NCBI GenBank assembly: GCA_965112735.1
Contig: OZ218962.1
Span: forward strand, 1,922,001 to 1,986,000
DNA: 64,000 nt
Direction: 5' to 3'
DNA from: Phaeosaccion multiseriatum
Taxonomy: Eukaryota > Protista > Ochrophyta, other classes
In this document: piece by piece, positions 1 to 22,249 of the stretch
Layout: the number at the start of each line of letters is the position of its first letter
How positions within the stretch are numbered: position 1 is the first letter of the stretch
Translations under genes and position numbers: made by a program
The notes under the pieces: model-generated
What the model was told of the DNA's origin: nothing
Database searches by the model: none
The model's input: only the letters and a program-made list of their open reading frames with translations

Positions 1-269
1 GGTGAATGGGGAGTGGGGAGTGGGGAGAGGGAAGTGCGAGGGGCGAGGTCCAAGGAGGGAGGGAGGGAGGGAGGGAGGAGGGGGGGGGAGGGAGGGAGGG
101 AGGGTCCAACGGAAGTGAAGTTAGAAAGATGCGTAGAGGTATATGTGCAGGGGTGTGGATTGAGTGCATCGACCATTGCTTTTCGTTTGCCTTTGCCTTT
201 GCTTTGCTTTGCTTTGCTTTGCTTTGCTTCCGTTCTCCTTCCTCTGTGGGTGGAAGAGAGGGCACACAC

Positions 270-1201
270 CGGGGAAGAAGGAGGAGGTCCAGAGGGAGAA
301 AAGGCGCGGAGGACGACAAGTGTCTGGGTAGGCCGGGGTTTATAACGAAGCACCGCACTGCAATGCGCTGTCTTCCATGCCCTTTGTGTTTTCCTTACCC
401 CGCAGGCAGACAGGACAGCAGGCTGGAGACCAGACACACCGTCAGGCCTGCGAGGTACAGTGAGTGAGTGTGTGGGGATCTTCGCATTGCGTCGGAATCC
501 CTTGGGATCCGTGCATGTTGGGATCCCTGCATGCCATTTGTAAGGCCCGCCGAGAGGAAGAGGAGAGCAGCAGCAGTAGCAGTAGCGGCAGCGAGAGGGA
601 GAGAGGCGTGGGCACTTGGGTTGAAAGCAGATAGGGGATGCTTTTTGTATTTTTGTCTTGCCTGCCAGCAGCCACGGTTGTCTCCTTCCGAGTCCCCCAC
701 GCCACAGCAGCAGATGATCTTGTCTTGGGCCGCGTGGGCATTGGCTTTGCTGCCCAACTCGCTTAGAAGGAGGGGAGGGGAGGGGAGGGGAGGAGAGGGG
801 AGGGGAGGCCCCTCGATGGAGAAGACACAGCCACAAGCAGCAGAGATAGGAGGAAGGGAAGGCTTGGAAGCAAAAGGCCCAGCGGTGCGAGAACGTTCCA
901 AGCGCTGGTTGTCGCGACACCCCCCCCCACCCTGACCGGCTTGTCGATCCGTGTCGATGTGAAGGACCAGCGACGAGAAGGTGCCCAGTGCTCTCTCTCT
1001 CTATCTGCCTTCCGGTGCCATCCATGGACTCTTTCCTGAGGGACGTGGGCGTGTGGAGTGGAGCGCAGTGGAATGGTGTGGTGTGGTATGGAGCGGAGTA
1101 GTGGTTGTACTGCTGCCCTGCTGCACGATACGCCACCCCCTCACCAACCCCCACCAATCGAAGCCAGACCCATGGAGAAGCAGGGAGACGACGGGCATCA
1201 C
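270..1201 (-). other. Possible 5' exons of a minus-strand gene running off the left edge (product unknown)
   Basis: Short exon-like blocks bounded by AG/GT on the minus strand: ~270-323, ~399-447 (GLTVCLVSSLLSCLPAG, gtaagg donor) and ~662-763. They are flanked by G-rich plus-strand tracts typical of intron 3' ends in this genome. No recognisable domain; phases not resolved. Confidence 0.3.
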
Positions 1202-2632
1202 ACATCTCGCTCTCTGTCTGTCTTAGAGGGTGTTCGGTTCGCCGCAGTACCCTCAAAGACAAGAAGAGGCTGGGCAGACAGAGAGGGAGATCGACAAGAC
1301 TGACAGACTCGCCTGGTGCTGGTGCTGGATTGGTTTGGTCAGTCGTTTGACACCTTGTCTGCAGGCGTGCGTCTGTCTGTGCTTGATTAGTTTGATCGGT
1401 CATTGACACTTGTCCGCACGAGGCAGGAGGGAACCTGTGCTGCTGTTCGCTCCTTGGGCTCTGCGATGAGGCGGGGGTGAGAGGCGTGTGAGAGAAGGTA
1501 CCGTAACGAAGCTGGACCGCGTGCCGGGCATCACTGGATGCACTCCTATGGGTGGGAGTGAGACAGAGCACATATCCCCTTGAAAGTGGTGGTGTGTGTG
1601 CATGATTCCCCCCCCGACCAAAGGCCGACGTGAGGCAAGTGTTTTACAAATATGCAACGAAATTATTAATTGAGTGAAATCATTTCAACCCCCAGTGTAC
1701 GACACCGACACGACACCAGGCACGACACCGCGTGGTCTGTTTTTTTTTGTTTTTTTTGCCCGCGCGTGCCGAACCTTCCTCCTTCCTCCCCACGTTCGTT
1801 GGTACTCCCTACCCTTGGGTAAACCAAAGGCGCATGTTGGTGCTACAATCAGCCGTCCATGCCGCCTACGCGCATACGGAAGCGTACGTCTGGTGTGGTG
1901 TCGTGTCACGAACCGAGACGGCGGACGTCGGCCCACCCTCCTCCTCCTCCTCCTCCTCCTCCTCCTCCTGGCTCAGAACATCGGCGCGGAGACGGGCTCA
2001 CAGCTGGGCATTTTCCGCTAAAAACTCCTCCTCGGGTAGATCTGTACACTACGTACGGATGTAACCGTAGAGGGCATCTTCTTGTCTCTGCCGGTAGCAG
2101 CTGCTGCAGCTGCGGGCTTCTGGTTGGTGGCGGGCGCTGGGGGGTGGGGGGGTCGTCCTCCTCGAAGGCGTCAAGCAACATGTCAAGCAACATGTCAAGC
2201 AAAACATCTCTCCTTTGGAAAACACCGTCCTCTCCTCCAGCGGAAAGTGCCCAGCTGTGAGCACATCCCCCTCGGGTCTGGCAACCTCATCTCTCTATCT
2301 CACACCGTACCTCCTTGTCTGCCACCTTACCCTTTCTTCTTCTCCGTCCGTAACATTTTTTATTTATTAGGTTGTCTGCGATTTGAGGAAAAAGCACTTT
2401 CGCGGTCCCAAATCGTAAATTATAACATTATAATATCCCTTTTCTCTCCCCCTCTCCCCTACCCTCTCTTCATCTTGCATTCTCTCTCCTTCACAAAGCA
2501 ACAGTACACAAAAGAGCAATCGGTGAAAGCCCCCATCAGGAGGCGGAATCTCCCCCCCTCCCCCCCCTTCCTTCTGCGGCGCCTCTTTCTCCTGCTGCTG
2601 TATCACCACCTGCTACGGCTGCCGCCAGTTCG

Positions 2633-4042
2633 TCATCTTCCCCCCGCACCTGTCCCACCAACTGCTGCTGCTCCTGTATCACCAACTGCTGCTGCTGCTG
2701 CTGCTGCTGCTCCGGCTGAATTGTAAAACTGCGAGATCTGCACTTCGGTGCCCACGTCAGCAAAGTCTCCTTCGAACCTCCGCCGTCGGAAAGCTCCGAA
2801 GTTGATGGGGTCGTATCTTCTGACTGCGTGGGGGGAAGTGGCCTCCTGTAGGAAGGGAGGGAGGGAGGATGGAGGGGACGGAGGGGACGGAGGGGACGGA
2901 GGGGAGGGAGGGACTGAGGGAGAGAGGGGTTGGCTGGTTGGGTGTGGGGGGGTATACGCTTGTATACAGCGCAGTAGTGGCACGTATTGTACCATTGCCA
3001 AATCGCCAAGTCGTCCATCGAACCAACCCACGTTTATTGAAAAAAAAACAATCACTAAACACGCACGGAAATCATAGAATCACAGACTCGCCAATCAATC
3101 ACCGAATCACCAATCGCCTGACCGACCTGCACGGACGAGAGGGGCTGACGCGTACTCGTGAGGGGCTCCACGGTGGCGTGGTAGGAAGGGTTGTAAAAGA
3201 AGGGCATGGAGAGGCGCGTGTGGATGGCACTGGACAGCACGCGGTGCTCCGGAGCTGCGTACAGGTCGTTGGACCACACCTGTCAAAGTAAGGGGGGGGG
3301 TGCATATCTGTTAGGGGTGTTGCTCTACGTCAGGGGGGGTTTCAGTATGTAAGGGGCGTTGCTGTAAGTACGTATACGTAAGCCCCCACCCCTCTCGCAC
3401 CTGAAGCATGTCCCCCACATTGATGGTGAAGGCCCCCTTTACGGGGGAGATGCTGACCCACTCCTCCTCCTCCTCCTCCTCCTCCTCCTCCTCCTTGCCG
3501 CTGGCTTCGCTCTTCGTCCTCTGCCGTCGCACCTTAAAGAGAGGGGAAGGGGAGGGAGGGATACACGAGGGGGCCAGGGAGGGAGGGAGAGGGGGTGGCA
3601 GGAATCAGATGCCGACAGAGGGGGGTGCAAAGAGGGGGTGGGGGAAAGGAAGGGAGGGAGGCGGGGAGGCGTGGCGAGGGAGGGAGGGAGAAGGAGAGAG
3701 AGAGAGGGGGAGGAGCTGGGGCTCTGGAGCTCGAGATCGGAGAAGAACAGTCGCGTAGAGTAGAGGCATATGGGTACATGGCACTACCTGAAGGGCGGTT
3801 ACGCCATCGTCCTGCAACAGCACGGTCAGGGCTCCGGCGTCCGTGTGGCGGTTGACCGACAAATGTGAGTCAGGGTCGGGGCACAGCGGGTAGTAGTTGA
3901 GTCGGAGGTAGCTCGTGTGCGGAGAGAAGAAGGGCTCGAAAAAGCCTGATATCATGGGGTGGACATGGGGGAGGGTGGAGGGGGAGGTGGGGAGTAAGCA
4001 CAGAAGCTTCAGATGTAATAACATCGAGCCCGTTTATGGTGT

Positions 4043-4095
<53 letters not shown>

Positions 4096-4207
4096 GTGTA
4101 TCTCGATAGGGTCACATACACTGAAAACGGAGGTGGGGTGGGGATGGAGAAGGATAGGATAACATGCCATGAGATGAGAATGAGTCGGAGCTGCGGTATA
4201 TGTATAA

Positions 4208-4258
<51 letters not shown>

Positions 4259-5657
4259 CAACCCCGTATATGCACGCTCGCATACACGCACGCACGCACC
4301 TGCATCGGCCCCCAGACTAAGGGCGACGGCTTCCATGAGGAGGGCCGAGAGGCCTCCCATAGCGTCGTAGTAGCTGTTAGGTTAGCACACACACACCAGT
4401 GGCAGGGGGGGATGGGGTGGGGTTGGGTTGCGTTGGTTGGTTCTTCCTTCATTATTGGCCATTCTTTAGTGCAAAGGAAAGGCAAAAAAAAACACCCTCA
4501 TCCTCACATCACCCACCACCACCACCACCTGCCTACCTCAGGGCTGCATCCCGGAAGCTTGGGCTATGTGTTGGCCACTGATTGAACCCGTCCATGACCA
4601 CATTAACGGGGTCGTCAGGTGGCAGAGAGCGGTCGATTACGTGACCGAAATCGAAGCCCTGCTTCCAGTCTCGCGTCTTAGGGGATGGGGGGGGGGGGGT
4701 GATGGTAATGGCATTGGCATATGCGGCAATAGTGAGTGAGTGAGTCAGTTAGTTAGTAAGTTGGTTAGTCAGTGGATGTCCACCACAGGGATAAATAGAA
4801 GGATGGATGGAGAGAGTAGCAGCAGGAGCAGTAGGAGCAGAAGGGGGGGATAGAGAGTTTGCAGGCCCAGCAAAAGTGGCAGGTGAGTACGCAAACACGC
4901 AAGCAAACACGCTAAGAACCACACCCAACAACCAACCGACCAACCCATCAGACCGATCAACCAACCGACCATCCAACCAGACAGATCAACCAACCCTTCG
5001 AATAGGCCCGACCACGACCAGACGCCCGGAGCCAGACCGACGGGACCCTGCCCAGACCGACCTGTTTGGTGAGCTCGTCGTCATAGAAGCCCCTGCTATT
5101 GTTAGCCGTCCTCCTGCAGCAGGAGAGCTTGTCCTCCAAGGGCAGTGCGAAGAACTTTGCCGACTCTTCTCGCATGGCATCGACTAGAGCGGTGTCCACG
5201 CCGTGATTAATAGCCTGACGTGACGGAGGATTGGGTTGGGTTGATAGGTGAGTTTAGGGTACACGTTTTCAACAGTATTGAGGTAGATGGCGTTTTCTCG
5301 CTTCGATTCGATTCAAAGGGGAGGGAGGAGGGGAGGAGGTGGGAGAGAATTCTTTGAAGAGGGAGGGGGGTTGTGGGTCGGCAAGTGTTTCGATTCGATT
5401 CAAAGGGGAGGGAGGAGAGGAGGAGGTGGGAGAGAATTTTTTTAAGAGGGAGGGGGGTTGGGGGTCGGCAAATGTCAAGTGTGTCAGTGTCAAGTGTCAA
5501 GTTTGTGGCCCACCCTCCCTCTCTCTCCCCCTCGGACTCTCTCTCTCATTGACTGTCGTACCTGGAAGAACCCCCATTCTCTACACGCCTTGCCGATCGC
5601 CTGGCGGGAAGGCGTGGGTTTGAAGGACAGATGGGAGACACGCGCGCATAGACAACA

Positions 5658-5700
<43 letters not shown>

Positions 5701-6139
5701 GGAGGGAGAGAGACAGAGCGAGAGAGAGGGAGAGGGAGAGAGCGGGAGAGATACAAGAGAGGGAGAGAGAGAGAGTAAGAAAGGGAGGGAGACAGATAGA
5801 GAAAAATGAGACAACGAGTCAGCCTGCCTGCCGTTTCGCTGTGCATAACTGCATTCTTGGGTAGCAAGGTCTGTGCAGGCAAAACGCAAGAGAAAGAGTT
5901 CACCAGAGCAAACACACCTCCACTGCTTCCGCGAAGGCCTCCGCTGAGTGCCCGCCAGGCCGGACCACTGCCCCGATGTCGATCACCGGGACACCCTTCG
6001 CCGTTGCCCCTTCTGGTGACGGTGAGCTCCCTTCCGACTCTGCGAATCGGCAGTGCTTGTCTCCTCGGCCTCCGCAGGTCTGCGCCTCGCCACAACCCTC
6101 CTCTGCTGCGCCCCCGTGGGATTCTACACACACTTCCAT
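2633..6139 (-). CDS. 2-oxoglutarate/Fe(II)-dependent dioxygenase (IPNS/DIOX_N + 2OG-FeII_Oxy family), ~427 aa, 9 exons
   Basis: Phase-consistent GT-AG exons: 6139-5918, 5600-5562, 5214-5062, 4676-4537, 4373-4300, 3945-3788, 3532-3401, 3279-3127, 2845-2633. Motifs: VPVIDI, ACREWGFFQAINHGV, RGFYDDELTKQTRDWKQGFDF, GFNQWP, LRLNYYP, HTD (HxD iron ligands), INVGDMLQVWSND, EHRV (distal His), RLS (RxS 2OG binding), PFFYNP. Confidence 0.93.
5302..5475. repeat. Tandem duplication of an ~87-bp unit inside a dioxygenase intron
   Basis: TTCGATTCGATTCAAAGGGGAGGGAGGAG...GTCGGCAA occurs twice in tandem with a few substitutions. Confidence 0.85.
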
Positions 6140-6801
6140 TTCTGTAGAAGCCGCCGCCGCCGCCGCAGCAGCAGTAGCGGTGTTATATTGGAGAAGGCAA
6201 CGCAGTATCCAAAAGAAAGGGATTACGAGCCGCGCTTTGCGGAGGGCTGTCATGCTCTCTCCTCTTGCAGTCCTGCCCCTCTTCCTGCTGACCCTGCGAC
6301 TGGGTCCTGCCCGCCGGTCAACGAACTTGTCGCCGTTCTCTCCATCCATGGCCTTCCTTTTAGGGGGGAAAAGGCGGATCAAAGGCGGAAGCAAAATCAA
6401 GAAAGCATCCAGTGCCATCCTTAAAAAAGCATCTCCCTCATCACTCTTGGTTCTTTCCCCCCAAATTAAAACAACGAGTGGAGGAGAGGCAGGACAGGTT
6501 TCACAACACACCTGTATCTTCTATCTAGGATACCCTGTCAAGGGTCTGTCCTCAGGGGTGGGGTCGGAGCAGAGGAGAGGAGTTATTCCCCCCGGATGGT
6601 ATGGTGAGCGCGTTTCGTCTATGGTTCCGCGCCCCCTCTGGCGCGAGGGCTGAAGCAGGTTCCCCTCCCTCGGGAGAGATTCCCCATAGTGGCGCGGACT
6701 GTGGCGAGAGAGCCAAGAAGAAGGAGACGAAGAGGCTTTTGGACGGCGTTGCTGTTGCCTCTGGTGCGGCTCCAAGTCCTGCTACTAGTACCTGCTGCAT
6801 C
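6140..6801. promoter_or_regulatory. Putative bidirectional promoter region between divergent dioxygenase and ankyrin-BTB genes
   Basis: Head-to-head start codons ~660 bp apart; inferred from gene layout only. Confidence 0.45.
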
Positions 6802-15398
<8,597 letters not shown>

Positions 15399-15826
15399 GC
15401 AGTCTGTGTGTCTATAAGGAGAGCAGGAGCGTACGATAGCGGTGTATCGGCGCCCTCTCTCTTTCTCTTGTCAAACCGGCCTGACCTCTGAATGACCGAC
15501 GTGGTATCATGAGGAGGGAGGGGGAGAAGGAGGGCTCACAGGAGGAAGGGAGGGAGGGAGGATGGGGGGGAGGGGGGGAGGGAGGGAGGGAGGGAGGGAG
15601 GGAGGGAGGGAGGGAGGGAGGGAGGGAGGGAGGGAGGGAGGGAGGGAGGGCTAGGTGCGCTCAAGCTGAGACGGACGGTGCGCTGGAGACTCTTCCAGCC
15701 GTACCACCTCGCGTGTTGGTGCTTCAGATGGGCCATTTGATGTGTGTCACACCCGAGGACACATGTGTTAGTAGTAGTGTTTGGAGGGGGCAGGGGTGGG
15801 GAGGGTTTGGTACAAGTTAGTGGCAT

Positions 15827-15887
<61 letters not shown>

Positions 15888-16671
15888 GTGTGTGTGTCGG
15901 GGGGGGGCAAGGCATCGCTCTTTGGTGCAGCACGCTACCATACGTCTGCATACGTATGCAGGCACTGCAGTTGTACCATACGTATGCAGGTAAAGGGAAA
16001 GGGGGCTCGTTTAGAAGATAAGATAATTCCAGGATAATTCTCTTCCACTACTTTCGTTGTAGTAGATGAGGGATTGTATACAAAGAAAAAAAGGAAGAAG
16101 CCATCCCTCACTATTGAACTTGACTCCTTCGAATCCATCATTCATCGGCTCGTTTTTATCACCTACATACACCCCACACGTGGCCACACGTGGAGGCTCT
16201 CCACACGGCCGCCCCGGCTGCTCTACTGTCACTCCCTTCACAGGGAACTACGTAGTAATACGTAAATACTCACAAACTCAAATCACTTACAAAGTGCTTC
16301 TTCCTGATCACTTTGACTCGTGTGGAAGCTTACAAGCAGCTGAGCTGGTCGATCACTGCTGTGCTCTGTTCTCTTGCTCATCTTCTTCTCGCTGCAAGAG
16401 AAGACCACAGAACATTGGCGCTGCAACTTTCCTTCCCCTCCCCCAGGCACAGGGTCCACAAGTCAGTGAAAACGTCAAGTCTTACCAAGTCCGGGAGCAG
16501 GAGGAGGAGCAAGTGCAGGGGGTAGGGGGGGGCGAGTCATCTTCCTTCCCCTCCCCTCCTTCACTGATTTAAGACTCGCGGAGGCTTTGGACCTTCACAA
16601 GAGTACAAGTAGAGACGAGCGTCAACTCCCGTTCCAAAATCGTCCACTGCGGCAGGCTGCTGCTGTCGTAA

Positions 16672-19600
16672 CTATACCACCGCTACAACTGCTGCTGCTG
16701 TATCACCAACTGCTGATGATGATGCTGCTGCCCCAGGAGGATGCGTGACATGAGCCGGTTCCGGAGGAGGACGAGTGTCATCAGGCCCCATCTCTCCCTC
16801 CACGGAGGACCTCAGTGTGGACTCCAAATCACTCACACCCCCCACCTCCTCTTCCTCCTCCTCCTGCTCCTCCTCCTCCTCCTCCTCCTCCTCCTCCTCC
16901 GCCTCCTTCTCCTCCACCTGCTGCTGCTGCTGCTGCTGCTGTTGCTCACCATCTCCGTTCCTAGCAGCCTCTCCTCCCGCATCAGCAGCAAAGGGAGGAG
17001 AAGTAGAAGTAGACAGCGCATCCCCTCCTTCTACCCCCTCAGTCGCATGAGGAGTACGAAGAGGCAATGCCCCAGGGGTGGAAGAGGTGGAAGAGCTGCC
17101 TCGGCGTCTGCGGGTGGCTCTCCGCGTCCGCCGCCTCTCCTGAGAGTTGGCATACACTCCGTACAACCAATTGTTGAAGGGCTCCAAAGGGTTGTGGAGG
17201 CTGGAGGGAGGCAGGCAGCATGCCTCGGGCTCAACGTTGAGCTCCGTCTTGCAAAAAGGGCACGAGCTGTGGGTGGAGATCCAGGGGTCCAAGCACTATG
17301 TGCATTGGTGCAATTGGTGCATTGGTGTATTGGTGCATTGGTGCATTGGTGTATTGGTGTGTGGGCGTGGGGTCCGTTATGGAGGGAAGGGGAGGGATGG
17401 GGGTGTTCGAGGGAGGGTAGAGGGTTGGGTTTGGTAGCCAGGGGAGGGGTGGGGCAGGGACGGAGCGGGGGGAGAGGAGGACAAAGGAGAGGACATGTGT
17501 TGGGTTATGGGGCGGGCGGAGAGAGGCGATAAGAAGAAGAAAATCAAGGCAGACAGACAGAACAACAAACAAAGTCAAGACATCCACAGCCATACATGCG
17601 TAAGCGTTGGTTGCACACGCACGAAAAAAAAAGACATGATTCCCCCCATGCCGCTCTGCGTCCCTCCTTCTCTTATTTCCCCCAACCTCTCTCCCTCTCT
17701 GTGTGCCTCCTTTGGGACCCTCTCTCTCTTATCTCTCTCCCTTTGTCCCTCCTTTGTTGTGTCCTCTCCTCTCTCCCTCTCTGTGCCCTATCTCCCTCCT
17801 TTTCTTATCTCCTTCTCTCTTATCTCTGTCCCTCTCCATCCCCCTCCCTCCCTCTCTCCCTCCCTCCCCCTCTCCTTCCTCACCTCCTTATGGAAGATGT
17901 GCAGACAATTAAGCAAGTACACCTCTTCATCGTCCTGCAGCTCCCCCAGACAAATAGAGCACGTCCCGTCCAGCTGATCCACCGACGACAGACCCCTCCT
18001 CCTGTCTGTGCTCGTGCCTAGCTCAGACGGGTCTGCACCCGCCCCTATACCCGAGCCAGCGAGCCCTTCATTGCCTCCCTTTCCGGACCGCCGGAAGAAG
18101 TCTGCGAGACTGCCGCTCATGCCCTTCGTGTCAGGAAGCGGGGCGATGATGCTTCCCATACTTCCTCCTCCTCCTTCTCCTCCTCCACTCTCATTCTCCT
18201 CCTCCACTTTCACCTCTCCCTCCGAAACCGCTGCGAAGGAGACCCCACTGCTGCTGCGACGATGATGCCAACTTCGCTTCCTCCCCTCCTTCTCCTGCTG
18301 CTGTACAAGCTGCTCCTGCTGCTGTACAAGCTGGAGTTGCAAATGCTGCGCTCGATGCTGGGCGGCTTTGCTTCCTCCACTGAGCCAGAGGCCTGTGAAG
18401 TTGGGTGCTCCCTGAATCGGCCCAGTCCCACGCGAGACGCCCCCCAACCCCAGCCCGCCGCTACCACCACCCCCTGACTTATTCTTTCGGGCAGCCCCAT
18501 TCGCATTGCCTTCCCCTACCCCTGCCCCTCCGAGGGGCGGGCTCGGAGTGACACCCATGCTCTTACTCCGCACGTGACCAGCACCACCAGCACCAGCACC
18601 ACCACCACCGCCACCACCACGCTCCTTCTCCGACGGCGGCCACCCTGGCCCCTGCCCTTGTTCGACAAGGTCGTCATCGACTGAATCGCCGCATTGCCAC
18701 ACCTTGTCACTGCTGCTGACAGCCTGTTGCCCCTTCGACACGATTCCCACCATGAGCTCTGCCGAGCCCGTCATCAGCCCCTCCCCCCCTCGTCCCTCTT
18801 CTCCTGCTTCTCCTCCTCCTCGCTCATACTCAACTCCCCCCACACCAGTGCTGTGCTGCACAGCCACGATTACGGGTGGTCCAGCCTTGGTGTCCCGTCG
18901 AGAGAAGGTGGCGTTCGACTTGTACGGAAAGACGGCGATTTGGTCGAGATTCTTTCGCGTCACCCCCAGATGACGGTTCTTTTGCCAGGACGCAAGGTGG
19001 TTGGGGTTGAACATGTTCCGGAGGCGGCTCTGTTGTGTTGTTGTGGCAGAAGGGGCAAGGCAGAAAGGAAGGAAGGAAGAAAAGGAAGATGGGGTGGAGT
19101 GGGGTAGGTGGGAGAAGAGGAGAAGCAGAAAGGAAGTAGGGGGAAGAGGGAGGAAGAAAGGGTGGCGTAGGTAGAGTGGAGAAGGAGAAGAAAAATGCGA
19201 GGAGAGCAGTGCAGGTACGTCATACCCAGAAGGGGGGGGGGTGAGACAAAGGAACGAATGTGTCCTGGGAGGAAACAAGAGATCTAACAACAACAATAAT
19301 AATAATAATAATATGGCCAACACACACAAACACATACACACACACACACACATACACACATACATGCACACACACACATGCACAGACATACAACCAACCA
19401 AACCGAGGCTTTGCTTGAGAGTTTAGTCGCTCGGCCACGAGTACTACGCTGTTTTAAGTGTTTGTGACTAAGAGGGTATCCATCCTCGCGTCCTCGCCGA
19501 CACGTGCTGGAGCAGCCGAGAAAGGCAAAGCAGAGAGAGGGGAGGAAAACACCAAGATAGAGCCCCATGTGTCGCACTCACGTTGTTCCGATTGGTGAAG

Positions 19601-20027
19601 ATGAGGTAGACGCAATATATGTGGCTGGTGGTGGGAGGGGGAAGCAGGGGAGCACGGGGGGAACAGTAGGAGGGACCGGAGGGGGGCGGGCATCACATGG
19701 TTAGACGCGCTGCAGACACGACAGTCAGTGCACACCACGCAGCAGATACATCCCCAGGCCCTGTCTTTCGCGAGAGGACCATCTGTTAAGCTTCCCCGCC
19801 CCCATGATTCCAATTGATCGAAGGCTTCCGTAACTATTCCCTTCTCCTCCATCTCTCTCCGTGTCTCACCTAACCGTGATGATGGTGGTACACACCCCCA
19901 GCAAGGCCGTGAGCCAGGCATTCTGCGTGCGAATGGCGTAGATCCACGACACCACGAGGAACCACACGAGTAGTGCGGTTAACGAGAAAAGCACCAAGAC
20001 GCACAGTGCCCCCCCGCAACGGCCCAT
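16672..20027 (-). CDS. Transmembrane RING-H2 E3 ubiquitin ligase (ATL/RNF-like), ~656 aa, 4 exons
   Basis: Exons 20027-19870, 19624-19582, 19029-17884, 17295-16672. N-terminal hydrophobic helices (ALCVLVLFSLTALLVWFLVVSWIYAI; AWLTALLGVCTTIITVSHIYCVYLIF). GLD-like motif GVTRKNLDQIAVFPY. RING-H2 CSICLGELQDDEEVYLLNCLHIFHKE|CLDPWISTHSSCPFCK is split by an intron. An in-frame stop lies just upstream of the ATG; an extra 5' exon is not excluded. Confidence 0.88.
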
Positions 20028-21308
20028 GCTGCTGGGTCACAGCACGAAGCCCTCTCTCTCTCTGTCTCCGCAGAAATTGTTCGCTCCACACGCAAATGAA
20101 GTTTCTCTTGCCCCCGCCGGGGCCTGTCCCTCCTCCCCGAGAGAGAGACAGATCCTCCACCTCACAGCTAGGTTTTCCCTGCCCTCGTCGGGCCGGTCCC
20201 TCCGCCTCCTGCGCCTTGTGAGATTTCGTGTCGTGTCCTGTTTGTGGCCCGTCGGGCCCTGCACATCCAAGGAAGCCAGAGGAGATGCTCCACCACACAC
20301 ACACACACCGATCTGACCCCTCCCGACCCACTCTCCCCCCCAGCAGCTCTGATTAGCGTAATATGATCAGAGCTGTTCTACGCTCTGACTTATCACGACC
20401 CCCGAGAGAATCGGTCCATCAAGAGGTCAGACGGAAATTTTCGCAAGCCCGTGTGCCGCAATCAGGGTCAGCTAAAGCCACACGAGCAACAACGAGGGCT
20501 GTACATGCAGCAACAATAGGTTTATTTGCTACAACCCTTCTCGATTGCGACCTATGTACCTATTGGCCTGGCCGGTAAGGGCATCCAGAAAGTAAGGGAA
20601 AGTGACAAAACCAGGGGGGGACGTTTGTTGACAGACGTTTTTTGTTGCGCCGGCGGCTGCCCATTATTCTCTTTCGCAGACCCCCCAACCTTCTTCCCTC
20701 CTACTACAATAAGTATCGCGTGAAGGAACTATAGGGTCCCTTCGTCCCTTCTCGAAAAGATCGGACGACAAGCGACAGACGACAGACATGCCGATATGCC
20801 GATATGCCCTGCCCTCGCCCTCTCGGCCCCCTTACTTCCCTTTCCTTGTGGGTGGGTGTGCCCACCAAATCCAAGACACCTCGAAGCTCCGTCCACACCA
20901 CTCCAGCCCTCCAGCCAGCCTCGTCCATCAGGCTGGGGACGGTAGCACATGGATGGACCACGACACCACAAAACCACATGCCTGCCTCCTTTCGGTTGGT
21001 TGGCTGACTCTACCGCGCGACTAACCACTTAAGAGGAGCGTGCCCTTGCTTTCCTTTCCTTTACACCATCGTCCGACGAGACACCCTCCTCCTCCCCTCT
21101 TTCTCCTCCGCCTACAAACCTCTCTCCTCTACTCTCTACCGCACCGGCCTCACCACCACTCGCTGCTATATCACCAACTGCTGCAGCTGCTTCCCTTCCT
21201 CGCCGCATCACCAACGCATGAAGAGGCCTAGGATAGAAGACAAGACAGGGGCTGCTGCAAACGCACTCAATCCCTCTGGTCCATCCACGCCTGCATCAAT
21301 CAATGACA

Positions 21309-22249
21309 TCACGCCAGCTCCGCAGCCCTCTCCTCCGCCTTCATCTCCTTCCTCGTTTGATAGCTGTTCCGAGGCAGGAGCAACACGAGGAGACAAGGAA
21401 CCGACATTGAGACAGGGGGAGAGGAATACAAACAAAAGAGTAGGCAGGGAGAAGGAAGTGAGGTGTGTCTGTGGCGTGTATATAATATTTTGTATATCGT
21501 ATAAATATATTGTGGACATGTGCAATATGTGTGTGATTGAAAGAGGGGAGGAAGGGGCACAGAGAGAGAGAGAGAGAGACGGAGAGAGAGAGAGAGACAG
21601 AGAGCATACACACCAGCAGCAAGAGAGGGTACTAAAGTGACGTCTCAGTGTATGGACTGCCCGGCGTTCATGTGACCTCGGCTCTCAGACAGAGTCAACA
21701 ACCCCCCCCGCCACACACAGCCATGCCCATCTGTTTCCGCGACGAGACTTACTCGTAGTACTGGCACGCCTCGTACGCGTGCCTCTCGTGTTCACACTTC
21801 CATGGTAAGAAGAACGTTTCGTGGCGGCACTGGGTATTGTATTTTGAGGGTGTGAGGGAGAGGCACACAGGAGAGAGGGAGAGAGGGATGGAGAGAGAGG
21901 GAGACCTTAGTCCAGGAGGAGGCAGAGAGCGAGGGGGGGAGGAGATGAGGGACAGAGACAGAGACCACAAACAGAGAGAAAATGCAGAACAGAGAGAAAG
22001 GGAGGGAGAGAGAAACAAGAGGACAGAGAGCGAGAGAAACTCTCTGACACTGTGGTGGTCGTCAACACCTAGCCTCATCGACCTGCACACCTCGCCGTAA
22101 GCTACATCACCCCTGCTCGCTCGCACCTTATTTAAGGGAATGAGGATGCTTGCACAGGAGTCTCTGTTGTGAAGGGGCAGCTTTGCCGCCTTCATCTCCG
22201 CCTCCGTCGCAGGCGGGGGAGGCGGGGGGGCGTGGCCGTGTCCGCCCAT
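21309..22249 (-). CDS. NDUFB7: NADH:ubiquinone oxidoreductase subunit B18 (NDUFB7), ~84 aa, 3 exons
   Basis: Exons 22249-22127, 21829-21753, 21363-21309 give MGGHGH...ATEAEMKAAKLPLHNRDSCASILIPLNKCRHETFFLPWKCEHERHAYEACQYYDYQTRKEMKAEERAAELA. It has twin CX9C and the LPLxxRDxC...PWKCxHERHxYExC signature. Confidence 0.95.

Noticed and set aside
1906-2202. 98-aa minus-strand ORF with an LDML repeat
   Set aside because: Arises from a 12-bp tandem repeat and a GGA run; no domain or splice support.
21029-21214. 61-aa ORF downstream of NDUFB7 as a separate gene or RING 5' exon
   Set aside because: No recognisable homology and no phase-compatible join to the RING gene; probably UTR or intergenic.
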